A stretch of DNA of 33,845 nucleotides, taken from an uncultured bacterium (lineage in GTDB: Bacteria; CSSED10-310; CAZUFC01). The stretch spans positions 1 to 33,845 of the forward strand of contig CAZUFC010000095.1 of NCBI GenBank assembly GCA_964619725.1, written 5' to 3'. Made by a program: the position numbers and the translations under genes. Below, in pieces: positions 1 to 8,702 of the stretch; the stretch's first letter is position 1; each line of letters begins with the position of its first letter. The notes beneath the pieces are model-generated. The model made no database searches and was not told where the DNA came from. It saw nothing but the letters and a program-made list of their open reading frames with translations.

Positions 1-42
1 CTGATCGCGGTTTCGGCCGCGATCTTTTTTTTCGCCCGTTGA
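1..42 (+). CDS. possible 3' end of an upstream membrane-protein gene (partial)
   Basis: Frame 1 reads LIAVSAAIFFFAR* (hydrophobic run, TGA at 40-42); too short to verify. Confidence 0.25.
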   Translation: MIAVSAAIFFFAR

Positions 43-198
43 AAACCGCTTCGGATCGCCTGAGAAATTATTGGAATTTTACAGCGTAGGCAAGCAATCA
101 GTTATAATTGTAGGCTTTAATCGCACATATTTCGGTGAACTAACGCCGGTTTGCCCGTATTTTGAATATCTTACCGGTTACAAAAAATAGACGAGAAA

Positions 199-237
199 TT
201 GAATATTTTTTTTGTTTACGTTAGAATACAAACGTAA
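199..237 (+). promoter_or_regulatory. sigma70 promoter with overlapping palindromic operator for the TA operon
   Basis: TTGAAT (199-204), 17 bp, TAGAAT (222-227). Inverted repeat TTACGTT (216-222)-N8-AACGTAA (231-237) straddles the -10, as is typical of antitoxin autorepression. RBS AAGGAG precedes ATG 252. Confidence 0.7.
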
Positions 238-251
238 GAAAGAAGGAGTGC

Positions 252-506
252 ATGAACAAGATATTTTCAGCGAGAATAGATGAGGAAGTGATACGTTATA
301 TAGGGTATCTGGCCAAAAAGATGAAAACGTCGAAGAAAGAAATAATTGAAACCGCGGTAAGGGAATATGCGGAAAAAATTAATCAGATGGGAGAGATTGA
401 TATTTTGGAAGAGAGTTTCGGCATCCGGCATCGAGAAGAGACGCCGGAAGAGACTGTAGAGGAAGCAAAGAAAACCTTTCGAGAAGCAATGAAAAGGCAT
501 GCATAA
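252..506 (+). CDS. type II antitoxin, ribbon-helix-helix/CopG-like (VapB-like)
   Basis: 84 aa with N-terminal strand-helix-helix pattern (KIFSARIDEEV...SKKEIIETAVREY) and acidic C-terminus; its stop overlaps (TAATG) the start of a PIN-domain remnant. Confidence 0.7.
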   Translation: MNKIFSARIDEEVIRYIGYLAKKMKTSKKEIIETAVREYAEKINQMGEIDILEESFGIRHREETPEETVEEAKKTFREAMKRHA

Positions 507-887
507 TGAGAGCTTATATCGATTCCGACATACTGATATGGCGCATCAGGGGATATGGTGAAGCGATAAAATTTTTAAGGGGCTTAAGGAGCGATAAAGG
601 ATATGAATTATGGGCCGGTGCGATGCAGCGAGCAGAAATCGTTTTTTTATGAGGGCGGAAGAGGAGGAAGCTACGTTGCTTTTTTTGTCGATGTTTAACA
701 CGGCAGCGGCAGATCAGTCGATCATAATGCGGGGAGCTCGATAAAGTGACAGTGGAACAGGAGTCATGGAACGGATGTCAATGACGCTATTTCGGCAGCA
801 ACGGCATTGAAGACAGGAGGAGGAATATTCACCTTAAACGTAGGGCATTATCCCATGGATGACGTATTGGTAAAAAAGGCGTGGTAG
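506..887 (+). pseudogene. vapC: disrupted PIN-domain (VapC-like) toxin
   Basis: Absent from the ORF track. ATG 506 gives MRAYIDSDILIW...MQRAEIVFL* (stop 650-652 after T7 run). Next frame from 649 gives MRAEEEEATLLFLSMFNTAAADQSII. Third frame from 750 gives QWNRSHGTDVNDAISAATALKTGGGIFTLNVGHYPMDDVLVKKAW*. PIN hallmarks: IDSDIL, conserved E, DAIxAATA, TLNxxHYP. Two frameshifts plus an in-frame TGA (747-749). Confidence 0.85.
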
Positions 888-1068
888 AACGGACGGCATA
901 GCAATCAATTGGTTATGTCAGGAGGATAGAAAAATGGATAGCGGCGCTGACGAAGAATGGGGTTTAAATTATCCGAACAAATGCGTGCACAAAACAGAGA
1001 GAGAGTTATCTCGAACATCCGGCCGAGCGACGTCGTTGAAAAACTTGAAGACTGGCTATAAGCCGCCG

Positions 1069-2421
1069 TCAATTTTTAATTTGAGTGATGCTTTTCCAGA
1101 TTTTGTGGACTTTGACGCCGCGGCCTTTGTAGAAGCTGAGCAGTCCGTTGAGAATTTTCGCCGGGGTGATGTAGACGGTTCTGAAGCATTTATATAGCAG
1201 GCGCTGCAGTTGTGCCGGATTCAAATATTTGAGATGAAAGGTGGGGTGCAGGCAATCGAATTTGCTCCAGTTCGTTTCAAAGATGCGATGTTGTACCTGC
1301 TCGAATAGTCTTGTACCGGGGAAGGGGGTCAGAATGGAGAACTGGGATGCTCCTGTGTCGAGTTTTCCGGCAGTTTGAGCAGTTTTGAGGATGGAATTCC
1401 GTGTATCGTCAGGATGCCCGATGATGAAGCTGGCGGTCGTTTCTATGCCTTCGCGCTTAAGGAGCTGCACTGCATTTTTGAATTGCTTGACGTCGATGCC
1501 CTTGCTGTAGTCGTCCAGGATTGACTGTCGGGCGGATTCAAGGCCCATGAAGACGTATCTGGCGCCGGCGCGGGCCATTTTGGAAATCAGGTGAGCGTTT
1601 TGCAATATGGTGTCTGACCGGGCGAAGCACCACCAGAGAATATCCAGGTTGTGCTCAATAATAAGGTCGCATAATTTTTCAATTCTTTGAGCGTTCAGCA
1701 GAAAGGCATCGTCGACGAATGCGAAAGCGTTGAAATCATATTTATCCATGCATTCCTGCATTTCCTTCAATATATTATCCGGAGTTCGGCTTCTCCAGGC
1801 GGTTCCGGAAAATGAAGAAGAGCAACAGAATGCGCATGCAAAGGGGCAACCCCGGCTTGTAATGACGGGCGTGACAGGGCGAGATCGCAATTCCAGTTTT
1901 CTGTATTTTTTCATGGGGAGGAGATCGCGGGCGGGAAAGGGCAACGAGTTCAAGTCCGGGGGAGGAGACATGGGCGTACGAATGAGTTTTCCGTTTGCCC
2001 TATAGGAGAGTCCTGCGACTTCTTCAAGGTGAGAATCCGATTTGAGAGCGTTTAAAAGTTCGACCAGGCTTTGTTCTGCTTCTCCCCGAAGAATAAAATC
2101 GATGCAGCCCGCGTTGAGGGCGTCTTGATCGAGGAAGGTTACATGAGGTCCGCCGGCAATGACGGTTTTTCTTTTTTTTTTGGCTTTTTCCGCCAGTTTC
2201 ATCAAAGCGGGATGCTTGCCGCTGTCTCCGCTGAGTCCGATGACGTCGAAATCGTTGAAATCAGGCATTGATTCAGGATCGACCATTTGATCCCATACGG
2301 TCGTAGGAATGCCTGCTTTTTGAGCTGCTGCGGCGAGATACGCGATTCCGAGCGGAGGTAAAACGAATCCCAGTTTGTGATAAATGCTTTCGGATTGCGG
2401 ATTGACCAGGAGAAGTTTCAT
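1069..2421 (-). CDS. cobalamin-binding radical SAM protein (class B methylase-like)
   Basis: N-terminal B12-binding domain (PPLGIAYLAA, AGGPHVT, RGEAE), SRGCPFACAFC CxxxCxxC motif, GLES and FSILTPFPGT motifs. Confidence 0.92.
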   Translation of the reverse strand: MKLLLVNPQSESIYHKLGFVLPPLGIAYLAAAAQKAGIPTTVWDQMVDPESMPDFNDFDVIGLSGDSGKHPALMKLAEKAKKKRKTVIAGGPHVTFLDQDALNAGCIDFILRGEAEQSLVELLNALKSDSHLEEVAGLSYRANGKLIRTPMSPPPDLNSLPFPARDLLPMKKYRKLELRSRPVTPVITSRGCPFACAFCCSSSFSGTAWRSRTPDNILKEMQECMDKYDFNAFAFVDDAFLLNAQRIEKLCDLIIEHNLDILWWCFARSDTILQNAHLISKMARAGARYVFMGLESARQSILDDYSKGIDVKQFKNAVQLLKREGIETTASFIIGHPDDTRNSILKTAQTAGKLDTGASQFSILTPFPGTRLFEQVQHRIFETNWSKFDCLHPTFHLKYLNPAQLQRLLYKCFRTVYITPAKILNGLLSFYKGRGVKVHKIWKSITQIKN

Positions 2422-3230
2422 CAGTCGCGTATTTTTCTGCCGCGTTCCTTGACTTTAACGTCGTCCGGTATATCCAGCTCGAATATGCCGGAATCCAGTT
2501 CGACGTTCTTTTCAATATCTTTGAAAAACATGAGAGTCATGTCGCCGTCGGGTTGAAAATATTGGATTAATGTCGGCAACCACAGTTCTTCAGCCACCCA
2601 CAACCGAATTTTTGACAGCCGTTTTTTGATGCGAAGCTTTTTGGGAATCAGAACAAGAAGCGACAGTTTTTTACCGAGTTCGGCCCGTTTTATTTCCAGT
2701 TCTGATAATTCATCCGGCAGAACGGCGCTGCGGGCCGGTTCCTCAGATGGAACGAAGGAACGGATGAACTGAATTTGATAAAATTCAGCCAACGTCGAAA
2801 TGGACTGGCCGATTCCCATAACTTTACCGATGTATTCCCTGTGTTTCGAGATGTTGATCTTGTCCGCCTGCTTCAAATCAGGATAGTACATGATGAGGAT
2901 GTCACCGTTAAGGACCATTTGCATCTGATCGGGCGGATTATATTCCCAGTTCATTTTGTCCGGCTTCTCGTAGTAAAAATTTCCGGTAGTTTTAACAGGT
3001 TCCAGCAGCATGGAATGCACTTTAAGCTGTTTGAATTCTGCTTTCAGTGTTTTCAAGCCTTCGTGGACTTCCTGAATATTTTTCAGCGTAGCTTCGAGTT
3101 CTTTATCCTGAATGGTTGATTTATTTTGGTCGTCTTTGTCAGCGTAGAGCGGTCGGGAAGCGCCGGATAAGGAACAGCAAAGAAGCGTGAGGAACGTCAA
3201 GCAACGGTAGAGCCTTCTGAAATTCGTCAT
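2421..3230 (-). CDS. lolA: LolA-family periplasmic lipoprotein/lipid carrier protein
   Basis: Signal peptide; LKAEFKQ...TGNFYYEKPDKMNWEYNPPDQMQMVLNGDILIMYYPDLKQ and C-terminal NVELDSGIFELDIPDDV match the LolA fold pattern; its stop overlaps the radical SAM start (TGATG). Confidence 0.8.
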   Translation of the reverse strand: MTNFRRLYRCLTFLTLLCCSLSGASRPLYADKDDQNKSTIQDKELEATLKNIQEVHEGLKTLKAEFKQLKVHSMLLEPVKTTGNFYYEKPDKMNWEYNPPDQMQMVLNGDILIMYYPDLKQADKINISKHREYIGKVMGIGQSISTLAEFYQIQFIRSFVPSEEPARSAVLPDELSELEIKRAELGKKLSLLVLIPKKLRIKKRLSKIRLWVAEELWLPTLIQYFQPDGDMTLMFFKDIEKNVELDSGIFELDIPDDVKVKERGRKIRD

Positions 3231-3401
3231 ATTTCTCCTTAAAAAATTATTTCCTGCATTATCTGCCGTTTGAATTATGCGGGCGTTTCAAAGCAGAAAC
3301 GGCGTCAAATAATATCTTTTTTTCTGAATATTTCAACAAAAATATTTTGCTGAGAGGAGAAAAAAAGGGAGATCAGGCGGATTCTGAGGATGGATGCGAG
3401 G

Positions 3402-4703
3402 TTAAATTGGGGGAACGTAATCGAATTTAAGGCTTTTTTTGCTAGCTTTTCTGATTCCGAAATTAAGGGGACCGAAGATTTGTAGGCTTTTTCTAGGCGG
3501 CATAAGGCGTTTCAGGATGGAAGAGAACGAATAGGCTTCCCTATAGCAGAGATTGAATCCGTCGTGTAATTGACGGGGAGACATCAGTTTCGGATCAATG
3601 ACGACATGCGCCAGGTCGTAATGTTCCCAGTTACGGTCGATGATTCTGTTTTCTCTTTCCAGTCGATGGAACAAAGGAGTTCCCGGAAGGGGAGTCAGAA
3701 CGGAAAAGTGGACGCCGTCGATTTTAGCTTTATAGATGAATTCCAGGGTATTGTCGAAAACGGAGCTGTCGTCTTCGTCGCATCCAAGTATAAACGCCCC
3801 CTCGATTCCGATGCCCTTATCGTGTATTTTTTTGACGCCGGTCAAATAATCGCTTGCTTTAAGATTCGCTTTTCCCATTTTTTGCAGGTTCTTCTGAGAT
3901 AAAGACTCAAAACCGATGAAAAGTCCGATGCATCCGGATTCAGCGCAAAGATTGAGCAATTCGGGGTCCTGGGCCAGTGAGAGGGTGGCGTGACTGAGCC
4001 ATTTCAATTTCATTTTTTTGAGAGTTTTGAAGAGCTCGACGGCGTAGAGGCGATTTCCGATAATGTTGTCGTCGACGAAAAACACGAATCCTCTGCCGCC
4101 GCAGCATCGTTCTATTTCCCTGACGACGGCCTCTATTGATTTAAAGCGATAAGTATTTCCGAAGAACTGTCTGACGGAGCAGAATTCGCAGGAATAAGGG
4201 CAACCTCGCGACAGTTGTATCAGGTTGGTAAAGAAGTAGGGTTTACGATCGAAGACGGACCAGTCAGGAGGCGGCGATTTCGATATATCTGCGAGTTTTT
4301 CGGCTTTATAGATTCTTTTTAAGTTGTTTGCCCGGATGTCATTCAGGAGGTCGGACCATACGAGTTCCGCTTCTCCGACGACCACCGCATCTGAGTGCTG
4401 GAGCGCTTCTTGAGGGCATACGGAAGGATGGAACCCGCCCATAACGACAGGAATGTTTTTTTCACGGAAAGCATCAGCGATGCTGTATGCGCGGGGAGCA
4501 AGAGCGGTCATTGCCGTCAAAGCAGCGGCATCGACGGAAGTGTCCCATTCGAGAGTTTCCACGTTTTCATCGATTATTTCTATTTCAACGTCGTCGGGCG
4601 ACAGACCAGCCAGAGCGGCCATCGACAGATATGGAAACTGAAAGGACATGCTTTTCCAGAAACTGCCTTCAGGCCAACCGGGTGATATGATCAACAGCTT
4701 CAT
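3402..4703 (-). CDS. cobalamin-binding radical SAM protein (HpnP-like subgroup)
   Basis: EIIDENVE, MGGFHPS, VVVGEAE B12-domain motifs; SRGCPYSCEFC; FVDDNI; IGFESL; LTPLPGT. Confidence 0.92.
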   Translation of the reverse strand: MKLLIISPGWPEGSFWKSMSFQFPYLSMAALAGLSPDDVEIEIIDENVETLEWDTSVDAAALTAMTALAPRAYSIADAFREKNIPVVMGGFHPSVCPQEALQHSDAVVVGEAELVWSDLLNDIRANNLKRIYKAEKLADISKSPPPDWSVFDRKPYFFTNLIQLSRGCPYSCEFCSVRQFFGNTYRFKSIEAVVREIERCCGGRGFVFFVDDNIIGNRLYAVELFKTLKKMKLKWLSHATLSLAQDPELLNLCAESGCIGLFIGFESLSQKNLQKMGKANLKASDYLTGVKKIHDKGIGIEGAFILGCDEDDSSVFDNTLEFIYKAKIDGVHFSVLTPLPGTPLFHRLERENRIIDRNWEHYDLAHVVIDPKLMSPRQLHDGFNLCYREAYSFSSILKRLMPPRKSLQIFGPLNFGIRKASKKSLKFDYVPPI

Positions 4704-4875
4704 TTCGCCGCAGTTCTCCTTTCCTGTTCGGAGCTTTTAACGATAAAGCTTTTCGGTTTATTCCGCACATGCATTTTTCTGAATTCCCGTCTCCCCTGTT
4801 CAATTCAATCTTTTATTTTTACTGTGATACTCACTTTTTGCTCTTTGCTTTTTATCGCCGCCTTAATTTAAATAT

Positions 4876-6702
4876 TTATTTTCCTGGCATTCTCCTGTCA
4901 ATGCCTCCTCGGGGAACATAAACCGAATCATGGCCGAAGTCGGCTATACGGAGCCAGCCTTCTTCTCCCCGTCCCCAGGACTCAATCGCTTCTATTTTAT
5001 CCTCCGGCAGCATATTTTTATGGATGATCAAAATGTCCGCGCCGGTTTCCCTGAGCGCCGCTGATGCTTTTTTTTCAGAAGGAAAATCTTTCAGCGCATC
5101 CGCTATTTTCAGGTGCGCTTTCGGATCATAACCGGAATGACCGTTTACCAGACGTTTTTTGTGAAATAACGAGTAATACTGATACTCCACAGCCACGGGA
5201 TATAATCTCATGATCCTGTTGTCCCTATTTGCCGGGTTTTCCTGCTTGTTTTGCGGCGGTAAGGCCGACTTGAAAGGCAGTTCGAGCGCCACGACATCCG
5301 CTTCCAGTTTTTCAAGCCAGCGATAGACTTTCGGGATATTACGGTAAGTCGGCAGAGCTTTTGTGGGAAAGGAATAATATTGAACGTCCAAAATCGCGAA
5401 TATCATCATACCGGCAAGAAAGGTGATTTTTATTAGGGGTTTTTGCATCTTTATCTTATCCCATAACCGATCTATGGCAAGGCTTGACAGGCAAATCCAG
5501 GCCAGAGCGGCGCCGATAGCCATTCTGTAAGGCGTACGCATTGAACCGAATCCCGGCACGTATTTGAACAATAATAAATAAGGCAAAGGAATCTCCGTAT
5601 TTTTACCGAAAAAATGCAGCTCCGGACCCAGCGAAAGGACCGCGAAAACGATAAGAAAAACAAGGGACCATCTTCGTAAGATTCTGCTTTTGGCCGGAAG
5701 AGACAGAAATAAAGATAGAAGTCCGCCGATGACCGGCAGGAAACCAGGAAAAAGGTTAGAGGGTTTGACGGCAGCTCGGGGCACATTCGAAAAATGCGTA
5801 TGCACGAATGATCGTATAGCCAGATTAAAATGGGACAGCGGGGATGAGAGGGGGTGACCTTGCTGGAGATTCAAGTAACTGGATACGTCTGCAGAGCCCA
5901 ATTTGCAGTGGCTGAGGAGCCGGTGATAGCCCTTATATCTTTGAGTATTGATAAGATAGGGGAGGGAAGTAATGAAAATTATGAACAAAGAGCACAGTGA
6001 GACGAGCAGAAAGGGTTTCCAGTGTCCTTTTAATTTTCCTTGCGCTGCTGCAAAAAGGAACACAATGGTCAGAGCGATAGAAAGGTAAAAGAATAAATAC
6101 CAGCAACTGGCTGCCTGCATGACCAGCGCTGCTCCCCAAATCGCATGATATTTTAACCTTTGTTTCGTTAAGGCCAGGAATGCGCCCAGGAGACCTATCG
6201 GCAGCCAGTAGCCGGTTACGAGTTGAATCCGTCCGATTTCATCCATGCGAAGGGGGGAAAAGGCGAACAGGAAGCCGCCTACCCAGGGGGCCAGTCGATT
6301 CAGTGTAAATTTTTTTATGAGGAGATAACCTGCGACGGCAGCGGCAGGGAAAGTCAAAAAAAGAAGAAAATTATGGATGAGCACCGGGCTGTTGTTAACC
6401 AGGTAAAGAGGAATACCCAGAGGAGAGAGGCCGTAAAGGTGTTCGGAAAAAGCCATGGAACCTTCGAAGGGGTAGAATGTCCGGGCATCGAAAAGGCTGC
6501 AGGGGCGGTATAGGATATTTTGAATGCCTCTGGTGATGATAAAAGTATTAAGCGTTGAATCCGGTATAACGGGAAGCAGGGACCAGGGCCGTTTGATAAG
6601 AGGTTTGAGGGCCCATAGGGCGAAAAGAGAGGAAAACAAGGCCAGGCCGGGCCAACCGTATAAGAGACGTCTGGATTTTTTCATACGTATTGGATTCTTC
6701 AT
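4876..6702 (-). CDS. polytopic membrane protein, GT-C glycosyltransferase/YfhO-like
   Basis: About 10-12 hydrophobic segments, first-loop motif FDARTFYPFEGSMAFSEH, PGFGSMRTPYR loop and soluble C-terminal domain (VALELP, LVNGHSG) resemble GT-C/YfhO-type proteins. Confidence 0.6.
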   Translation of the reverse strand: MKNPIRMKKSRRLLYGWPGLALFSSLFALWALKPLIKRPWSLLPVIPDSTLNTFIITRGIQNILYRPCSLFDARTFYPFEGSMAFSEHLYGLSPLGIPLYLVNNSPVLIHNFLLFLTFPAAAVAGYLLIKKFTLNRLAPWVGGFLFAFSPLRMDEIGRIQLVTGYWLPIGLLGAFLALTKQRLKYHAIWGAALVMQAASCWYLFFYLSIALTIVFLFAAAQGKLKGHWKPFLLVSLCSLFIIFITSLPYLINTQRYKGYHRLLSHCKLGSADVSSYLNLQQGHPLSSPLSHFNLAIRSFVHTHFSNVPRAAVKPSNLFPGFLPVIGGLLSLFLSLPAKSRILRRWSLVFLIVFAVLSLGPELHFFGKNTEIPLPYLLLFKYVPGFGSMRTPYRMAIGAALAWICLSSLAIDRLWDKIKMQKPLIKITFLAGMMIFAILDVQYYSFPTKALPTYRNIPKVYRWLEKLEADVVALELPFKSALPPQNKQENPANRDNRIMRLYPVAVEYQYYSLFHKKRLVNGHSGYDPKAHLKIADALKDFPSEKKASAALRETGADILIIHKNMLPEDKIEAIESWGRGEEGWLRIADFGHDSVYVPRGGIDRRMPGK

Positions 6703-6986
6703 TTTTTACGATGCAGATTCGGCTGGGGAATCTGCAGGTTGTTGATTAAGACCGTGGAGCGATTGCTGAATTTTACAAAGTCGGACAAGGAAATTTTTCG
6801 CGTCCTGGTCGGTCGGCAGTCAATATAACACAAAAATTTATTGAGATTAAACAACAATGACCAGACAGGGTGGAGACTCCGGCGCAAAAATTCGAAGAAT
6901 GGTGTGTAAAGCCCTTGCGTTTCCAAAGCAGTTCTTATAATTTCAGAATGGCGAAATGACCTTCGTGAAGATTGGAGAACAGAAGA

Positions 6987-8402
6987 TTGAAGATCGTATT
7001 AATCGTACCCCCGTGGACCTATAAGGATATAAGAGCTGAGGACACTCAGGGAATAGCCGGCGCCTGGCCGCCTGTCGGAACGCTTTATATAGCGTCTGTA
7101 CTAAAGCAAAGCGGACACGAAGTGGTATTTTTCGAGGGCGCTTTTTACGACAGGCAGGAGATGGTTAAAAAAATAATCGAGGAGGAACCTGATGTTCTGG
7201 GAGCTTTTGTGATTGCGATGTTCTGGGACAGGACGAAAAAGCTGTTTCGGGAATTGAAGGAGCAATACCCAGACGTATTTATAGTGGCGGGCGGCCACGG
7301 GCCTACGGCGCTGAAGGAGCGATGTCTGGAAGAATGCGATGAGCTTGATGCTGTGGTGCTGGAAGAAGGGGAGTACACGATGCGCGAGCTGACGGAGAAT
7401 CTGAGCCGAGGGCGATCGTTGCGGGGAGTTAAGGGAGCGATAGTGCGCGAGGGCGGCGAAATCATTTCCAATCCGAAGCGGCCGTTCATTAAGAATCTCG
7501 ATGAATTGCCTTTTCCGGACATGGACCTGGCAGAGCTGAAGCGATACAGGCCCTCATACGGTCAGGTCATGAACGAGCCTGCTCTTCAGGTCATAAGCAG
7601 TCGAGGGTGCATTAACGCATGTCTTTACTGTTTCAGGATGATGGGCAAAAAACTGATTCGATTCCGCAGTCCTGAAAATGTAGCGGACGAAATAGAATAT
7701 TACGTGGAGAAATACGGAGCGAAGGATATCAAGTTCTGGGACGAATGTTTTACTCTGGACAAAGAAAGAGTTTTAGGGATATGCGATGAAATACTGACGC
7801 GAGGCCTTAGGGTTAACTGGTGGATATCCGCCAGGGCTGATTATGTTGATAAGGAAATGCTGAGAATGATGAAGAGGGCGGGATGCTGGTGCATCAATTT
7901 CGGGGTTGAATCCGGCGTTCAAAAGAATCTGGATGTTCTAAGAAAGAATTTAACCGTGGAACAGATCAGAACGGCCGTTAAATCTGCTCACGCTGCCGGA
8001 ATAAAGACATTCACAACTTACATACTGGGCATTCCGGGGGAAACGTTCGACGAGGGTTTAAAAACAATAGACCTGGCGATTGAATTAAACTCATTTATTA
8101 CGGAATTTTTTCCCCTTTCTCCCTTTCCTGGGACGGACCTGTGGAATGATGCTGATAAATACGGGGAAATACTGAGAGATATGACGGATATCGGACTGCT
8201 GAAGCAGGAAATACCTTTTCGGCCTTTTACGATGACGAAAGAGGATGTGGCGGAATTACGGCGGCTGGCGTATCGCAAGTTTTATATTCGTCCCCGGTAT
8301 TTTTTGACATATTTAAAGGGGATCAGGACATGGTTTGATGTAAAGGCCATGTTTCACGGAGCCCTGGCTTTGTTAAAAATTTCCAGGAACAAAGAATGCT
8401 GA
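6987..8402 (+). CDS. cobalamin-binding radical SAM protein
   Basis: WPPVGTLYIASVL, AGGHGPT, EEGEYT; SRGCINACLYC; GVESG; SPFPGT. Start moved from 6972 to TTG 6987 (MKIVLIVPP, matching the paralog N-termini; GGAG RBS at 6974-6977). Confidence 0.92.
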   Translation: MKIVLIVPPWTYKDIRAEDTQGIAGAWPPVGTLYIASVLKQSGHEVVFFEGAFYDRQEMVKKIIEEEPDVLGAFVIAMFWDRTKKLFRELKEQYPDVFIVAGGHGPTALKERCLEECDELDAVVLEEGEYTMRELTENLSRGRSLRGVKGAIVREGGEIISNPKRPFIKNLDELPFPDMDLAELKRYRPSYGQVMNEPALQVISSRGCINACLYCFRMMGKKLIRFRSPENVADEIEYYVEKYGAKDIKFWDECFTLDKERVLGICDEILTRGLRVNWWISARADYVDKEMLRMMKRAGCWCINFGVESGVQKNLDVLRKNLTVEQIRTAVKSAHAAGIKTFTTYILGIPGETFDEGLKTIDLAIELNSFITEFFPLSPFPGTDLWNDADKYGEILRDMTDIGLLKQEIPFRPFTMTKEDVAELRRLAYRKFYIRPRYFLTYLKGIRTWFDVKAMFHGALALLKISRNKEC

Positions 8403-8431
8403 GGGTCAAGAGAGGAAAACCAGGAGGAGAA

Positions 8432-8482
8432 ATGATCGAGAAGCAGGAGCGGGGTCACCTATTGCGATTGAGCGTCGATTAA
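8432..8482 (+). CDS. putative 16-aa small ORF MIEKQERGHLLRLSVD
   Basis: AGGAGG RBS just upstream of ATG 8432, 29 bp after the radical SAM stop; no other support. Confidence 0.2.
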   Translation: MIEKQERGHLLRLSVD

Positions 8483-8702
8483 CGGTTCGCTTCGTGAGTT
8501 GCCTTCGGTTTGAGTCGAAAGCGGGGAATAATTTTACGATTGACTTTTCAAACAGGGGCATGTTAAGAGAATTTTGTCCGTAAACTGACCTTTACGTGGG
8601 TATGGACCTGTCATAATCAGAAACGTTATTGCTTGAATTCTATAACATTTAAGGAGAAAAGCCTTGAGTCTTTTAAAGAATAGAGACAATCGGAGAAAGG
8701 GA

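Noticed and set aside
649-652. Programmed frameshift at the T7 run in the PIN gene
   Set aside because: A second frameshift and a nonsense codon downstream indicate decay rather than recoding.
934-1197. 87-aa ORF with AGGAGG RBS, plus an alternative 34-aa frame at 957-1061 (MGFKLSEQ...VVEKLEDWL)
   Set aside because: The long frame overlaps the radical SAM 3' end on the opposite strand and has no recognisable motif; at best a degraded remnant.
3402-4703. Assigning hpnP/hpnR/bchE symbols to the radical SAM genes
   Set aside because: Family motifs do not fix the substrate, and no hopanoid or chlorophyll genes are in the window.
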